Below, one piece after another: positions 39,133-52,430 of a stretch of 64,000 nucleotides of DNA. Both the position numbers and the translations under genes were made by a program. The stretch's first letter is position 1. Every line of letters starts with the position of its first letter. This DNA comes from Eledone cirrhosa (taxonomy: Eukaryota), in contig OZ024741.1 in the NCBI GenBank assembly GCA_964016885.1, positions 341,558,001 through 341,622,000 of the forward strand. The letters run 5' to 3'. Under the pieces are notes generated by a model, which saw nothing but the letters and a program-made list of their open reading frames with translations, searched no databases and was not told where the DNA came from.

Positions 39133-39320
39133 TGGATTGGCAGTATTAGTAGAGGGTCAGACGCCATCCTTTGATGCATAGAGTTACGGCCCTTTCCATT
39201 CTGAGTTCAAATCCTGCAGAGGTTAACTTTGCCTTTCATCCTTACAGGGTTGATAAAATAAAGTACCAGTAATGCACTGGGCAATTGCTGGCCTTGTGCC
39301 AGCAATTACCCAGTGCATTA
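39133..39320 (+). mobile_element. SINE family A copy ending in a fold-back palindrome
   Basis: A/B boxes and core are present. The tail is replaced by an inverted duplication at 39270-39320. Confidence 0.88.
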
Positions 39321-39329
39321 TTGATATTA

Positions 39330-39886
39330 CTAGCAGAAAAACCACCCTCAGGATGGTTTTCTGCTAGAATGTGTAGTGTGCATATTGATATTATATGCAA
39401 ATATATATGCATGTAGATATGATATGTCAAATACGATCGTAATTGACAATATGCACAGAAATTGAGGAGAGTCTTATTACACTGTCTTCTGTAATCAATA
39501 AAGTAATCCATGATACATTTAAAACAGACAATATTATATATAAACTGCATTTCGGCAAAATGTTATGAAAACAAAAAAGGAGAAATTAGCGACGGAAATA
39601 TAAACCTTATATAATGATGCAAATATATAAACGTTTATATAAGCAATGTAATATATCATACGGATGCTAACAAAATGTGTAGAAATTTGAAAATTTTAAA
39701 AGAAATGAATTTTAAAATAAGCAATCATTATATATAAGAATATTTATGCTTAATCAAGAGTTGCGAAATTTAATAGATAAATTACATATCATTCATGATT
39801 TATTCAAAGTAATCCAACTTATTTTAATAACATGCTCAGAAAAAATATCCCTGACAGTCTCGCAGTCCTCTAATCATTATATATTA
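39330..39886 (-). mobile_element. Non-autonomous Helitron-like element, copy 2
   Basis: Homologous to 20999-21550, with terminal CTAG and hairpin CTAGCAGAAAAACCA..TGGTTTTCTGCTAG. Confidence 0.6.
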
Positions 39887-40002
39887 AATTATTAGTCATA
39901 TTTTTGTTGCACATTGTCACTGCATTACCGAGCACAGCTCAGTGTACTTTGGGTATGTGCAGTGTAGCTTTCAGTGGTGTTGTTTCTATTGTATTGAGAG
40001 TA

Positions 40003-40170
40003 CTCTTATGTTCTGAGGTCAAATCCTACTGAACTTAGCTTAACCTTTCATCCCTATCAGATCAATAAAATAAAGTACCAGTAATGCACTGGTATCAATT
40101 TAACTGGCTTTTCCCTCCCCAAAATTGTTGGCATTGTGCCTAAATCAACACACATTATTATTATCATTAT
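40003..40170 (+). mobile_element. 5'-truncated SINE family A copy
   Basis: B-box remnant, core and tail. Confidence 0.8.
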
Positions 40171-40214
40171 TGTGTATTTGTTGAGTTATTTTATTAGGTG
40201 ATGAGTGTATAGGG

Positions 40215-40566
40215 CAGGGGTCTCAAACATGTGGCTCTCAAACTACTTTTCTATGACCATGACAGAAACAATTTTTATGATCAATATTTACTTAAAACTT
40301 GGTAATTTGTCCCTGTTTTTATAATATTTATGGTACAATTTATTGCAATTTACCCATGAAATAGAAAAAAATGAACACTTACTATCATATGTGTTTTTAT
40401 TTTGATGGAAAAATAAATAGCAGCCTATCAGTTGTACTGCAGATTAGTGTTATAACTGGTTGAAATCATGCCCACACACATACATACTGTCATCTCACTT
40501 TTGACTTGCTGTGCTTCTTCCTCAGGACATAATGGCTCTTTTGAGTCCTTGAGTTTGAGACCCCTG
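40215..40566. mobile_element. hAT-superfamily MITE
   Basis: 14-bp TIR CAGGGGTCTCAAAC / GTTTGAGACCCCTG. The 8-bp flanks GTATAGGG / TCATAGGG match at 6 of 8 positions. Confidence 0.88.
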
Positions 40567-41137
40567 TCATAGGGTGTGTTGCATGAGTTGTGTTATTTAA
40601 TTGGGTAGTGACTGTATAGAGTATGTGTGTGTGTTGTAAGTGTTGTGTGTTAGTGCTGTGAGTGTTGTGAGTGTAGTGCTGTGTGTATTATGTGTGTCGT
40701 TTTGTGTGTATTGTGTTATGTGTGTAGTGCTGTGTGTGTTGTGTTGTGAGTGTTGTGTTGTGTGTATTATGTTGTGTGTATTGGGCTGTGTTGTGTTATT
40801 GAATGGTGGTTGTATCCTTATTATGTTGTGTGCAAATAGTGTAGTATTTGAACTGGGTTATTGAATTGAAAGTGTCTTGTTCAGGGCATATTAAGAAAGA
40901 GAACAGGAGGGGGGGGGGCTCTATCTTTTGGACAATGTTTAATGATTTCAGCCCCCATTATGGCTTGCACTATTTTAAATAAAGATATAAAAAAACAATA
41001 AAGAAAGAAAGAAATTATCATTATTATTATTATTATTATTATTAGAAATTATTATTATTATTAGAAATTATTATTATTACGATCATGGATTATTTTTTCT
41101 TTAAAAATTATAATAGTTATCTCTCTCTTTCTGTCAT

Positions 41138-41192
<55 letters not shown>

Positions 41193-41227
41193 AAATTACC
41201 ACATGTTATATGGCAATATAAAACAAT

Positions 41228-42115
41228 TATGGTCAGGATGATGATAATGGTAATGATGGTGGTAGTGATGATGATGGTGGTGGTGGTGATGATTGTAGTG
41301 GTGGTGGTGATAATTGTGGTGGTGGTGATGATTGTGGTGGTGGTGATGATGATGGTGGTGGTGGTGATGATGGTGATGATTGTGGTGGTGGTGGTGATGA
41401 TGGTGGTGATGGTGATGATTGTGGTGGCGATGATGATGTTGGTGGTGGTTGTAGTGAGGCTGATGATAATGGTGGTGATGATGATGATAATGATGGTGGT
41501 AATAGTGGTGGTGGTGGTGATGAAGATAATGGTGGTAGTGGTGGTGATGATAATGGTAAGGATGGTGGTGGTGGTGATGATGATGATGGTGATGATGATG
41601 ATGATGATGATGGTGGTGTTGGCAATGTTTGTGGTGAAGATGATAATGATGGTGGTAATGGTGGTGGTGGTGATGGTGGTGATGAAGATAATGGTGCTAG
41701 TGGTGGTGATGATAATGGTAATGATGGTGGTGGTGGTGATGATGGTGATGGTGATGATGATGTTGATGGTGATGGTGATGGTGATGATGATGATAGTGGT
41801 AGTGGTGGTGATGATGATAATAATGGTGGTAGCGATGGTGGTGATGGTGATGATGGTGGTGATGATGATGATAGTGGTAGTGGTAGTGGTGCTGGTGGCG
41901 ATGATGATAATAATGGTGGTAGTGATGATGGTGATGGTGGTGGTGATGGTGGTGATGATGATGGTGATGATGATGATAGTGGTAGTGGTAGTGGTGGTGG
42001 TGGTGGTGATGATGATAATAATGGTGGTAGAGATGGTGGTGATGGTGATGATGATGATGATGATGGTGGTGGTAGTGATGATGATGATGATGATAGTAAT
42101 GGTGGTAGTGGTGAT
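41228..42115. repeat. (GAT/GGT)n low-complexity tract
   Basis: Direct reading of the sequence. Confidence 0.95.
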
Positions 42116-42579
42116 TAAACATATGATAAAACAAACCTCTGCTAGAATAAACATTTTGGCAAGGATATCTGTTGCTTTGTTTAATAACAAAACAAAAGAT
42201 TTAAATCTAAGAAAACAGACATTTAAAAATGGACAAACAAACAATTACCCTAAACATGATTTCGGTGGCAGCAGCCATTAAATTATATTTCTCTTATTGT
42301 CACCCTCTTCAGTCATTTAAAATATTTACACAAGCTCCTTTTCCTCAAATAAAAACACTGTTAGCTCTTCTCATTCAATTTAATACTTGGTGTTTTGCTG
42401 TTGTTGTTGTTACTGTTGTAATATTTAAATATTTCTAACTTGTGTTTCGTTTCTTTTTAGAGTGCTATCTAATTGCAACGCTTGATATTGATTTTAATTA
42501 ACAAACTTTATCAACATCTCCTCATTTCACTTCAGCAGTTGTCCGTCTTCCATGTACACTTCTTATTAATTAATAATGT

Positions 42580-43240
42580 CTCATTCACTCCACTATCTCT
42601 ACTCAACTGTTACACTCACTCTACTCAACTGTTACACTCACTCCATCATCTGTGCTCAACTGTTACACTTCACTCTACCATCTCTACTCAACTGCCACAC
42701 TCACTCCACCATCTCTACTCAGCTGTGACACTCACCCCATCTCTACTCAAGTACCACACTCACTCCACCATCCCTACTCAGCTGCTGGACTCCACCATCC
42801 TTACTCAGCTGCTGCACACCACCATCTGTACTCAACTGCCACACTCACTCCACCATCCCTACTCAAGTGCTACACTCACTCCACCATCCCTACTCAGCTG
42901 TCACTCACTCCACCATCCCTACTCAGCAGTCACACTCACTCCACCACCTCTACTCAACTGTCACACTCACTCCACCATCTCTACTCAGCTGTCACACTTC
43001 ACTCCACCATCTCTAGTCAGCTGCCACACTTCATTCCACCATCTCTACTCAGCTGTCACACTTCACTCCACCATCTCTACTCAGCTGTCACACACTTCAC
43101 TCCACCATCTCTACTCAGCTGCCACACTTCACTCCACCATCTCTACTCAGCTGTCACACTTCACTCCACCATCTCTACTCAGCTGTCACACTTCACTCCA
43201 CTATCTCTACTCAGCTGTCACACTTCACTCCATCTCTACT
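42580..43240. repeat. ~32-bp minisatellite CACTCCACCATCTCTACTCAGCTGTCACACTT
   Basis: About 20 diverged tandem units, more homogeneous toward the right. Confidence 0.92.
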
Positions 43241-43329
43241 TAACAGATTAGTGTGCTAAACACTGTTAGATTGTATGATACTTGTGTATAAATTGCAATA
43301 TGCTGCGAATGTAGAGGATATGTGAAAGC

Positions 43330-43520
43330 GGGAAAGAAAAGAATCAAACTATGTTGGCTATGTAATGTTATTATGTTGAGAGAAAGAAACTAAGTAGAAG
43401 AGAAAAACATATTATGATTGTCAGGTGAAGAAGTGTCAGAAGCTTGAGGTGAAAGGAAACTACAGAAGAGGAGGACCAAGGAAGAAATAGTGAGAGTTGA
43501 TATTATGATGCTGAGCCTCA
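43330..43520 (+). mobile_element. Old RTE C-terminal fragment
   Basis: Translates VKKCQKLEVKGNYRRGGPRK, resembling [20 protein letters not shown] of the element at 250-828. Confidence 0.5.
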
Positions 43521-43989
43521 CCTCCCTTACCATCCTCCGGGGAAACGCTTTCTCTGTTCTGTCCGCTGGGGCCATGGGGTGGCCAGCACGTGGGACCCCA
43601 TTTGCTCATAATACAGAGAGATGGAGGCAATGACATCCATGTTCAGACCTGGTGTGCAGCGTCAGTTGTCTGTAGGGAGGTAGTGGCTTGTACTTAGTGA
43701 AGGTTTTTAGAACCTTGTGTTTGCAATACCTGTATGTATTATGAATAATTGTTTCTACTTTTGGCACAAGGCCAGCAATTACCCAGTGTATTACTGGTAC
43801 TTTATTTGAATAATGGAACTGTCTCAGAACTGAATATTGAAAATACTTTAAACTAATCAGATTAATCTGTGACTTTAATTAAGACATGTTAGGGTTGTCT
43901 CCCCTGGCAGTTTTAGTACGTTGTTTGTTTGTATATATATATTTATATCCCCAAGAGATGGCAAAGGAACACAAGTGGCATGATGCTGT

Positions 43990-44396
43990 GTTAGAAAAGA
44001 CTTACCCTCGAAAAAATCTAAATGGATGTTACACAAGACTTCTGAGACACACTTTCAACATATTTTGGCAACAGAGAGTCACAAATGGAGAACTCTATCT
44101 GGATAGTCCTCCCGTGTCAGATATTGTTTGTCTAAGAAGGATATGTTGTTACAGAGCAAAAGACAAGTGCGTCAGCTGTGTTCTTTTATGGAAGCTTGCA
44201 CACAATCATAGAAGTAGAGGTCGTCCTGCAACAACGTATCTGGATATGCTATATACTGACATGGGAGGAAATTTAATGGATCTTGGAGTGATAATACTAG
44301 ATTGAGACAAGAGGAAGGAGTACTGTTCATTGGATTGAGGAAACTCAACTCGTGAGTGAGTGAGACAGTAACACATGCAAGCATGATGATGATGAT
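43990..44396 (+). mobile_element. 3' fragment of a second RTE-like LINE family with (GAT)n tail
   Basis: LNGCYTRLLRHTFNIFWQQRVTNGELY...LLWKLAHNHRSRGRPATTYLD, with (GAT)n at 44384-44396. Confidence 0.8.
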
Positions 44397-45037
44397 GTAC
44401 CCTCTTTCCCTAGTTAAGTACCCTTTCTACCAAGAAAAATAATTTCAACTTACAATTTGGTAAGCTGACAAACCTAGTTATGACATTTTTGGCTTTGATC
44501 ACAGTAAGAATATTACTAAGCCTGCATCTTCCACTACACAGTCCACATTCACCCATGCCAAATGATATCATATACCAGGTGATAACACCATACAACCTTG
44601 TTCACTCCTTTGGATATTCCTGCAATGCTGCTACAGATATTTTGTGATTTACAAATAGATCACAGGAATTTATTACATAAGTTTGTTTTTTTTAAATGCC
44701 GATACATATGTGAATATGTGTGTGCGTTTGTGTATGTACATATGAATACATTTATATGTATGGGTATATAAATATAAACACACAAACACACTTACAAAAA
44801 TACACACTCATAGGCATACATTCACACACAGCGTAGAAAATGGAATGCCAACTGATGTTTTGCTATAGTTTTTTCACCATCCCCGTCCTTCCTTTTACAC
44901 ACAGACATATTCACACAAATACACACACACACACATTGTGTGATGGACGGACAGAAGTTGCTCAAATATATATATATACATATATATATAATATAAATAA
45001 ATATAAATATATATAATATAAATATATATAAATATAA

Positions 45038-45069
<32 letters not shown>

Positions 45070-45228
45070 TAGGTAATTCCGAAGGAATAGCAAAGGAAAA
45101 AAGAGTGCTCTATGTATAGAACATATATATATATATATATATATACGTTAAATATTTTTCATCTTGATGTTATAGTCACTTATATGTCTGAATTACTGTT
45201 GGCTTCTTGCTTATATTAATTTCTCTAT

Positions 45229-45270
<42 letters not shown>

Positions 45271-45273
45271 ATG

Positions 45274-45330
<57 letters not shown>

Positions 45331-45332
<2 letters not shown>

Positions 45333-45531
45333 TCATCATCATTTTACGTCGGCTTTTCCCTGCTTGCAAGGGTGGGACGGGTCTTATTCAGCACAGCATC
45401 TCTCCACTCGTCACTGGAATTCCTCACTAAATTCCACCCTGACTTTACTGAGAGTACCTCTGTACAAAGTTTGCACTGTCCTCACAAGCCATTCCTCAAC
45501 ACCTAGCTTCCTTAGGGACCACCAGATGACA
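45331..45531 (-). mobile_element. Internally deleted RTE fragment in a (TA)n tract
   Basis: IWWSLRKLGVEEWLVRTVQTLY..SKVRV is joined within about 40 bp to the RTE-type 3' terminus (GCAAGCAGGGAAAAGCCGACGTAAAATGATGATG). Confidence 0.85.
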
Positions 45532-46479
45532 GATATATATAATATGAATATATATATATATATAAAACTGATCAGCAATACACTTTTCCACAAGCAACCC
45601 CCACTGCCACTGTTACCACCTACAACAACAACCACTGACAACACCACCACCACCACTACAATGATAGCTGCTGTCACCACTACTACCACTACTATCACAA
45701 ATAACACCAGAGAACACCACGACTACTACCACTAACATGAACATCACCACGATCAACACCAACATCACCACTGCCACCAACACCACTAACATCACAGCCC
45801 CCAACACCACCACCATACCCATTCCCCAGTCACCATAGCAAACTGAATCCCCCACCCCCCACCCCACTCCCACCCGGCTGCACATATTTTTTTCCAATCA
45901 AAACTTTCAGTAAGACACCATTTCCTCTCCGTTCCATGTGATTGAAGTTTTAGTTTCCGGAGAAAAATTCTTGAAAGCTAATATATATTTAATCAAGATC
46001 AAAGTCAAGTGACCTCAGTAACCTGCCCCACCCTCCTGTCCCAGCATCACCACCACTACAACCACATTAGAAGCCTTAGTCAATACACACGCAGCATTTC
46101 ATCAATATACACACCACCCAGCTGCATCACACAGCCACACCACAACTACCTACCTTCCCCCATTACCCCCAGACACATACGCTTTCACTGACCATCACCA
46201 CCTACTGCTACATCTATCTATCCTCATCCCAACACCTTCAACCACATACCCTGAACTTCATATTTTTCTTATCTCTTCTGGTACACTTCAGTTTGTCTTT
46301 ATCCATCCACTATATTTTCTCCTTGGCCAAATAATTGAATGTTATCAAAACTAGAGAACATTCTCTGGAACAACAGAACAGAACTCATTTCACTAGAAAC
46401 ATACAGTCTTTTATCAGCTTCAGGCGTTTTATGAAAATCTATTCAAATAATATTAAAAGTTCTCAATATATATATGTGT

Positions 46480-46544
<65 letters not shown>

Positions 46545-46610
46545 TTTTAGTATATATATATATGTGTGTGTGTGTGTATATATATATAGAGAGAGAAAGA
46601 GAACTTTTAG

Positions 46611-46659
<49 letters not shown>

Positions 46660-46821
46660 AATGAAAATTATTAATTATATCTTCACACTGTCTGGCATTC
46701 ATTACTATCATCATTACTATTATTAAATATTGACTGCTGTCTACGGACAAGCCCTTGAATCTAATACAGAAACCATACTATTATTATATATTCTTGTTGA
46801 TGCTGTTGTTGCTTTAATCTT

Positions 46822-47240
46822 ATAATAATGGTTTCTGATTTTGGCACACAAGATCAACAGTTTGGGGAAGTGGAAAATCAATTAAATTGACCCCACTGCA
46901 TTACTGGTACTTTATTTTATTGACTCTGTAAAGATGAAAGGCAAAGCTAACCTCTACAGGGTTTGAACTCTGTACCGCGAAGCATGATGTCTGATGCTCT
47001 ACTGATATTACCAATCCACTGCCCTGTGAATAATAATGGTTTCTGATTTAAGCACAGGGCCAACAATGTTTTTTTTTTGGGGGGGGGGGATCAAATCAAC
47101 CCCAATATGTTACTGGTACTTTATTCTATCGACCCTGTAAAGATGAAATGTAAAGTTAACCTTGATATGATTTGAACTCAGAACATAAAGCATGTTATCC
47201 AATGCTCTACATATACTGCTAATCCACAGCCCTTCTAATA
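46822..47240 (-). mobile_element. Two tandem SINE family A copies
   Basis: Reverse complement of the A/B boxes, core and (ATT)n tail. Confidence 0.85.
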
Positions 47241-47994
47241 ATATTAATAGTGCTTTCTTTATTAGCCACACAGGGCTCACATTAAGGAGACATTGAAGAT
47301 GGTACAGGACGATACAGTGTGGGTTTTTGTGTAGAATAAAATTTATAACAGAGATTAAGAAAATAAATATTTAAAAAAAAACAAACATAACAAATTCCCC
47401 AAAGGTGAGGAGACTCCAGGGTTACTTGTGGAGAAAGCCCAGAAAAGCCACAGTCACCCTGGTGATGATGATAATGATGATGATGATAGTGGTGGTGGTG
47501 GTGATGGTGGTGTCGATGATGGTGATGATGTGATAGCATGCCATGCCTGGAGTTCATCATAAAATCATTTCTCATTCTTTTTTATCTCCAGAGTAAATAC
47601 ATCACCTAACAGTATTTAAACTTTTTATTTGCAGAGTAAATATGTCACAACTCATTGACATGATAAAATATTCAAAGACAAAAGTGATTAATATCAAATG
47701 TACTTGATATATAGATAAAAAATTAAACATTTTTGCAAAATAGAATCACAAATAAAACAAAATCAGTACAAGAGCTAAAACTACTATACATTGAAAATCA
47801 AAATTATATCCGAAACCTTGAAAGAATATATTTCTAGTTAGCAACTCAAGTGTTTTAATAACAGAAGAATCAATCCTATTATATCGTTGCTACAGCTCAA
47901 ACCTATTTAGATTTAGCTGGTTTCCTAGGAGGTTGAATTTCAGAGGTTTCTTGGGTGTTTTAATAATGTTTCAATTATAGGGGTCTCATTCCTG

Positions 47995-48110
47995 TCAGGA
48001 AAAGCAACATGAATTGAAGCATCTTGATAAAGAATACAATGCTCCACCCAGTCCTGGAATCAAACCCACAACCTTATGATCATGAGTTCAACACACTAAC
48101 TACTAGATGA
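47995..48110 (-). mobile_element. SINE family B head fragment
   Basis: Reverse complement of TAGTTAGTGTGTTG..TCATGATCATAAGGTTGTGGGTTTGATTCCAGGACTGGG. Confidence 0.65.
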
Positions 48111-48429
48111 AACATCTTTAAACTTTGGATCCTGATCCCTTAGTGGGTCACAAAATAAATAAAATAGGTCATGACATTAAGAAAACAATCTTCAAAAACT
48201 GTAAGCAACAATCTCAGCATATTGGGTTGCAATACAAAATGTAGCTTTTGCAGTGGGTCACAATAAAAACAGTTTCAAAAACACTGACCCATACCAACAC
48301 ATGCCTTAGTGATTATCTATTGTTTCTATATTCCAGTTCTAGTGTCCATTGTATCAGTGGGAGATGAATCATTTTACAAAATGTTGTGAAAAGAATAAGG
48401 ACAAACTAAAAGAAATCAGAAACATTTTT

Positions 48430-48970
48430 TAAGAAGTCACTGACCACATCATCTCTGTCTGCCCAGCATTGGTTAAAAAATATATATATACAAATATATC
48501 CACTACCACAACACAACAGTAGCATACCTACATCTACACTGGAAAATTTTCAGGGAATATAACATCATAGTTTTTTGAAAATTGGTATGACCACAAACCA
48601 TAAACAAGTGACCATATAATCCCAAGCTGCCCAGTATTGCAAAAAAAAACAAAAACAATATATCCACTGCCACAACAAGACAGCAAGATACCTACACTGA
48701 AAGATCTGTAGGGAATAGAACATCAAAGTCTTGGAAAATTGGTATGACTACAAACTATAAACAGTTGTCAAGAATGATAATGTTCACATCCTATGGGACA
48801 TGCCAGTGCAGACAGATAGTGAAATCAAAGCAAACAGACCAGATATCATAATTAAAAACAACCAAAGATAAAAGTTGTATGCTGATTGATATGACAATAC
48901 CAACAGACCATAACACATCAGTTAAGTTCACAGATAAACTGTCTAAATATAAAGAGCTCAAAATTGAGAC
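48430..48970 (+). mobile_element. Restriction-like endonuclease (REL) non-LTR retrotransposon fragment, R4/Dong-like
   Basis: DHIISVCP..HWK..WYDHKP (tandemly duplicated), then ILWDMPVQTDSEIKANRPDIIIK...LIDMTIPTDHNTSVKFTDKLSKYKELKIE (PD..D..K motif). Stops and frameshifts are present. Confidence 0.88.
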
Positions 48971-49115
48971 TTAAACATAGGGCCAGCACAGCAATTTAGG
49001 GGAGGGAGTGGAAAGCAGATTATATTAACCCCAGTGTTTAACTGGTACTTTATGTTATTGACCCTAGAAGGATGAAAGGCAAAGTTGATTTTGGCGGGAT
49101 TTGAACTCAGAACTA
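48971..49115 (-). mobile_element. 5'-truncated SINE family A copy
   Basis: Reverse complement of the B-box, core and tail. Confidence 0.82.
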
Positions 49116-50410
49116 GGAATAATAATGATGATGATGATGATGGTGGTAATGATGATGGTGGTGGTGGTGATAATGATGGTGGTAATGATGATGATGGTGG
49201 TGGTGGTGGTGATGATGGTGGTGGTGATGATGGTGGTAGCAATGACAAAAAAACCTGCTAAAATGAAGGGGAGGTAAAAGAAGCTAAGAAAAACATAAGC
49301 AAAAAGAAAAAAAAGAAAGAATTAACTACATCAAAGAATTCTTCTTTTTTTTAAATCTGAAATCGATCCATAAATAAAACATCATCACCATCACTACCAT
49401 CATCAACATCATCCCCATCACCACCACCACCATCATTAACATCATCCCCATCATCCCCATCACCACCACCACCACCACCACCTTCATTAACATCATGCCC
49501 ATCATCACCACCATCATCAATACCATCAGCAACACCATCCCCATTACCACCACCATCATCAATACCATCAGCAACATCATCATCACCCATCATCAATACC
49601 ATTATCATCACCACATTATCATCATCATCACCAACAACACCACCATCACCAAGTAGTTACTCAATAATATTTTTCATAAACTTTGTTTCTCCATAGCCAC
49701 ACCCACCCACTCCTCTACCCAGCCCCACCATTGCTCCACATAATGACTAGGTTCGGTTCATTCCCTAATTAGTCCAACAACAGACCTTCGTTAGAACAAT
49801 AATATGTTTCGGCAAACGATAATAGATGAGAACAGCTTTTGAAAAGGTGGGGGGGGGGGGGTAACTGGTTGCATAGTGATGGAGGGTAGGAGGGAGATAT
49901 TGAAATGGTGGTGTTGGTGATGATGATAGTGTTAGCAGCAATAGTGGTAACAGTGGTAATGTGTATACTGGTGGTGTTGGTGGTGGTGGTAATGGTGATG
50001 GTGGTAGTAGCAATAGTGGTAACAGTGGTGATGTGTGTGGTGGTGGTGGTGGTGGTGGTGGTGGTGGTAACAGTGGTGATGTGTCCAAAGGTGGTGGTGG
50101 TGGTGTTAGCAACAATAGTGGTAACAGTGGTGATGTGTCCAACACTGGTGGTGGTGGTGGTGGTGGTGTTTGGGGTAAATATAGTGATGGTATGTTCATT
50201 GCTTCTGTTTGGGATGGATGCCATATAATTTTGAACACCCACCAGACAATAAATAGAAAATACATATTCATATATCTACAGCATTCTAGCTTTGGTTTCT
50301 CAATAAATAGGAACCAAAAAATACAATATATCTTCAAGATCGTCTAAAGAAATATATATATATGTGTGTGTGTGTGTGTGTCTACAAATTCAAATAGAAG
50401 GTCTCGCCGA

Positions 50411-50583
50411 AACTTTGACTAAATAAAATACTCTAATAATAAGTGGCATATAAGCCCAGTGAACAGTAAAGGATGGATATCAGCACACCTGGGGTTGAAC
50501 ACACACCTCTTGTTTGCTCATTTTTTTCTGTTCAGTGGGCTTATATGTCCCTTATTATTAGACTATGTTATTTAGACAAAGTT
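50411..50583. repeat. Imperfect inverted repeat, ~57-bp arms
   Basis: AACTTTGACTAAATAAAATACTCTAATAATAAGTGGCATATAAGCCCAGTGAACAG matches the reverse complement of about 50527-50583 with about 6-7 mismatches. Confidence 0.9.
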
Positions 50584-50601
50584 ACTGCAAGATCTAATTC
50601 A

Positions 50602-50643
<42 letters not shown>

Positions 50644-50723
50644 AATATATATACATATATATATATATAAATTGAATTAGATCTTGCAGTAACTTTATAT
50701 ATGTATATATATATACATACATA

Positions 50724-51161
50724 TGTAGCGAAATCTGTCCATGCCTTGAACCCTGGGTGACACCTAAAAATCAAATTCTAGGTCACCATCTTTTTCAGCG
50801 TAGACAGGTTCATGCGTGGGCGATCCCTCGAGGTGGGAGACAGAAAGTGACAGGTATAAAAAGCCTGTATCATCCCAGGTCTAACACACAGAGAGATCGG
50901 AGCATTACGCTATTACAAGCTATGTGAAAGATTCACCGCTACCTTCAGGCCGCAGAGGTCTACAGACCATTACTCTCTCTCTCTCCTGGTTGCAGACTAC
51001 ACCAGCCTCATGAACCAACAACAAAATAACATTGTCAACCTTCTTAACTCGTGGTAACTTGTTTATTGTTTTTTTTTACTGAAGTGAAGTAAACCTTTAT
51101 ATATAAAGTAAATCAGCTATTCTTGTTATTTCATCTAACAACTGCTACTAATACCCTTCGG
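50724..51161 (+). mobile_element. Probable solo LTR inserted in (TA)n
   Basis: Starts TGTAGC, has TATAAAAA at 50855 and AGTAAA poly(A)-like signals near 51088-51112, and GCTAC (inverse of the start) at 51144-51148. The 3' CA end is not intact. Confidence 0.5.
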
Positions 51162-51330
51162 TATATATATATATATATTGTCACATCTCCAGTCAGAAGA
51201 GCAGATTGATAATGGAGTTGGGTCCATAACACCTATGGGTGACCTTGAGCCAATCCTCTGCGAAATATGCATAACAGGTCGATACACAATAAAAAGCTAA
51301 TACGTGTAAACAAAACTTCCTCGTTTTTCT

Positions 51331-51524
<194 letters not shown>

Positions 51525-52258
51525 TCTGAAGTCGATGGTCGATTGAACAGGAATTTTGAGACTAGCAATAGGTAGTAACCTAACTACAACCATGCTAGTC
51601 AATACATCAATTTTCCACAATTGATCTACCCTTTGAAACACTCTTAAAACGATGAACTAATTAACTACCTATCTCTGACATCTGTCTTGTTTTCATTGTT
51701 CTATACACATACTCACATATATATATATATATATAATACATTCAAAGTTATGGATGTCATGAGTGAGATAATCTTGAACATGTGTCCTGTCTCCAAGCAT
51801 TTAATCATTATAAAATAGTGAATGACATATATATATATACACGTTTTAAATTTTTGTTAAATTTTAATATGATACTCTAACGAACTGTATTGTTACATTC
51901 TCTACAGATTGTCTCTTGTTAAAGTTTGATATATCTTATTATACATTTATATCATTGGATATTTATTGTGTATATATATATATGTCATTCACTATTTTAT
52001 GGTGATATATATATATTTGAAAAAAGGAAAAGAATGACTTCACTTGTAGTTCTAAACAATTTCATCTTATAATATGATAATTTTACAATTTAGTTTTCTA
52101 GATCTAAATAGAAAATACATATTCATATATCTAACTGTACCAATGCTTACACACATTTTCCAATATATATATATATAAGAAATATATCTATTCTGCATCT
52201 TATCATACATCAAGTATAACCTCAATCTGTAGACTTCCTGCTCATCACACCATATATA

Positions 52259-52325
<67 letters not shown>

Positions 52326-52430
52326 GTTGGAGTTGGAAGGCCAAAACAATGCAGGTATGGATATAGAATATAAATGCAAATGCAAAAGATATTGTTGACA
52401 ATTAGTATTTTACCTTAAATTTATTTGAAT

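Noticed and set aside
47250-47465. Possible L1/Tx1-type 3' UTR on the minus strand (AATAAA near 47256-47261)
   Set aside because: There is no coding remnant or second copy in the window to support a classification.
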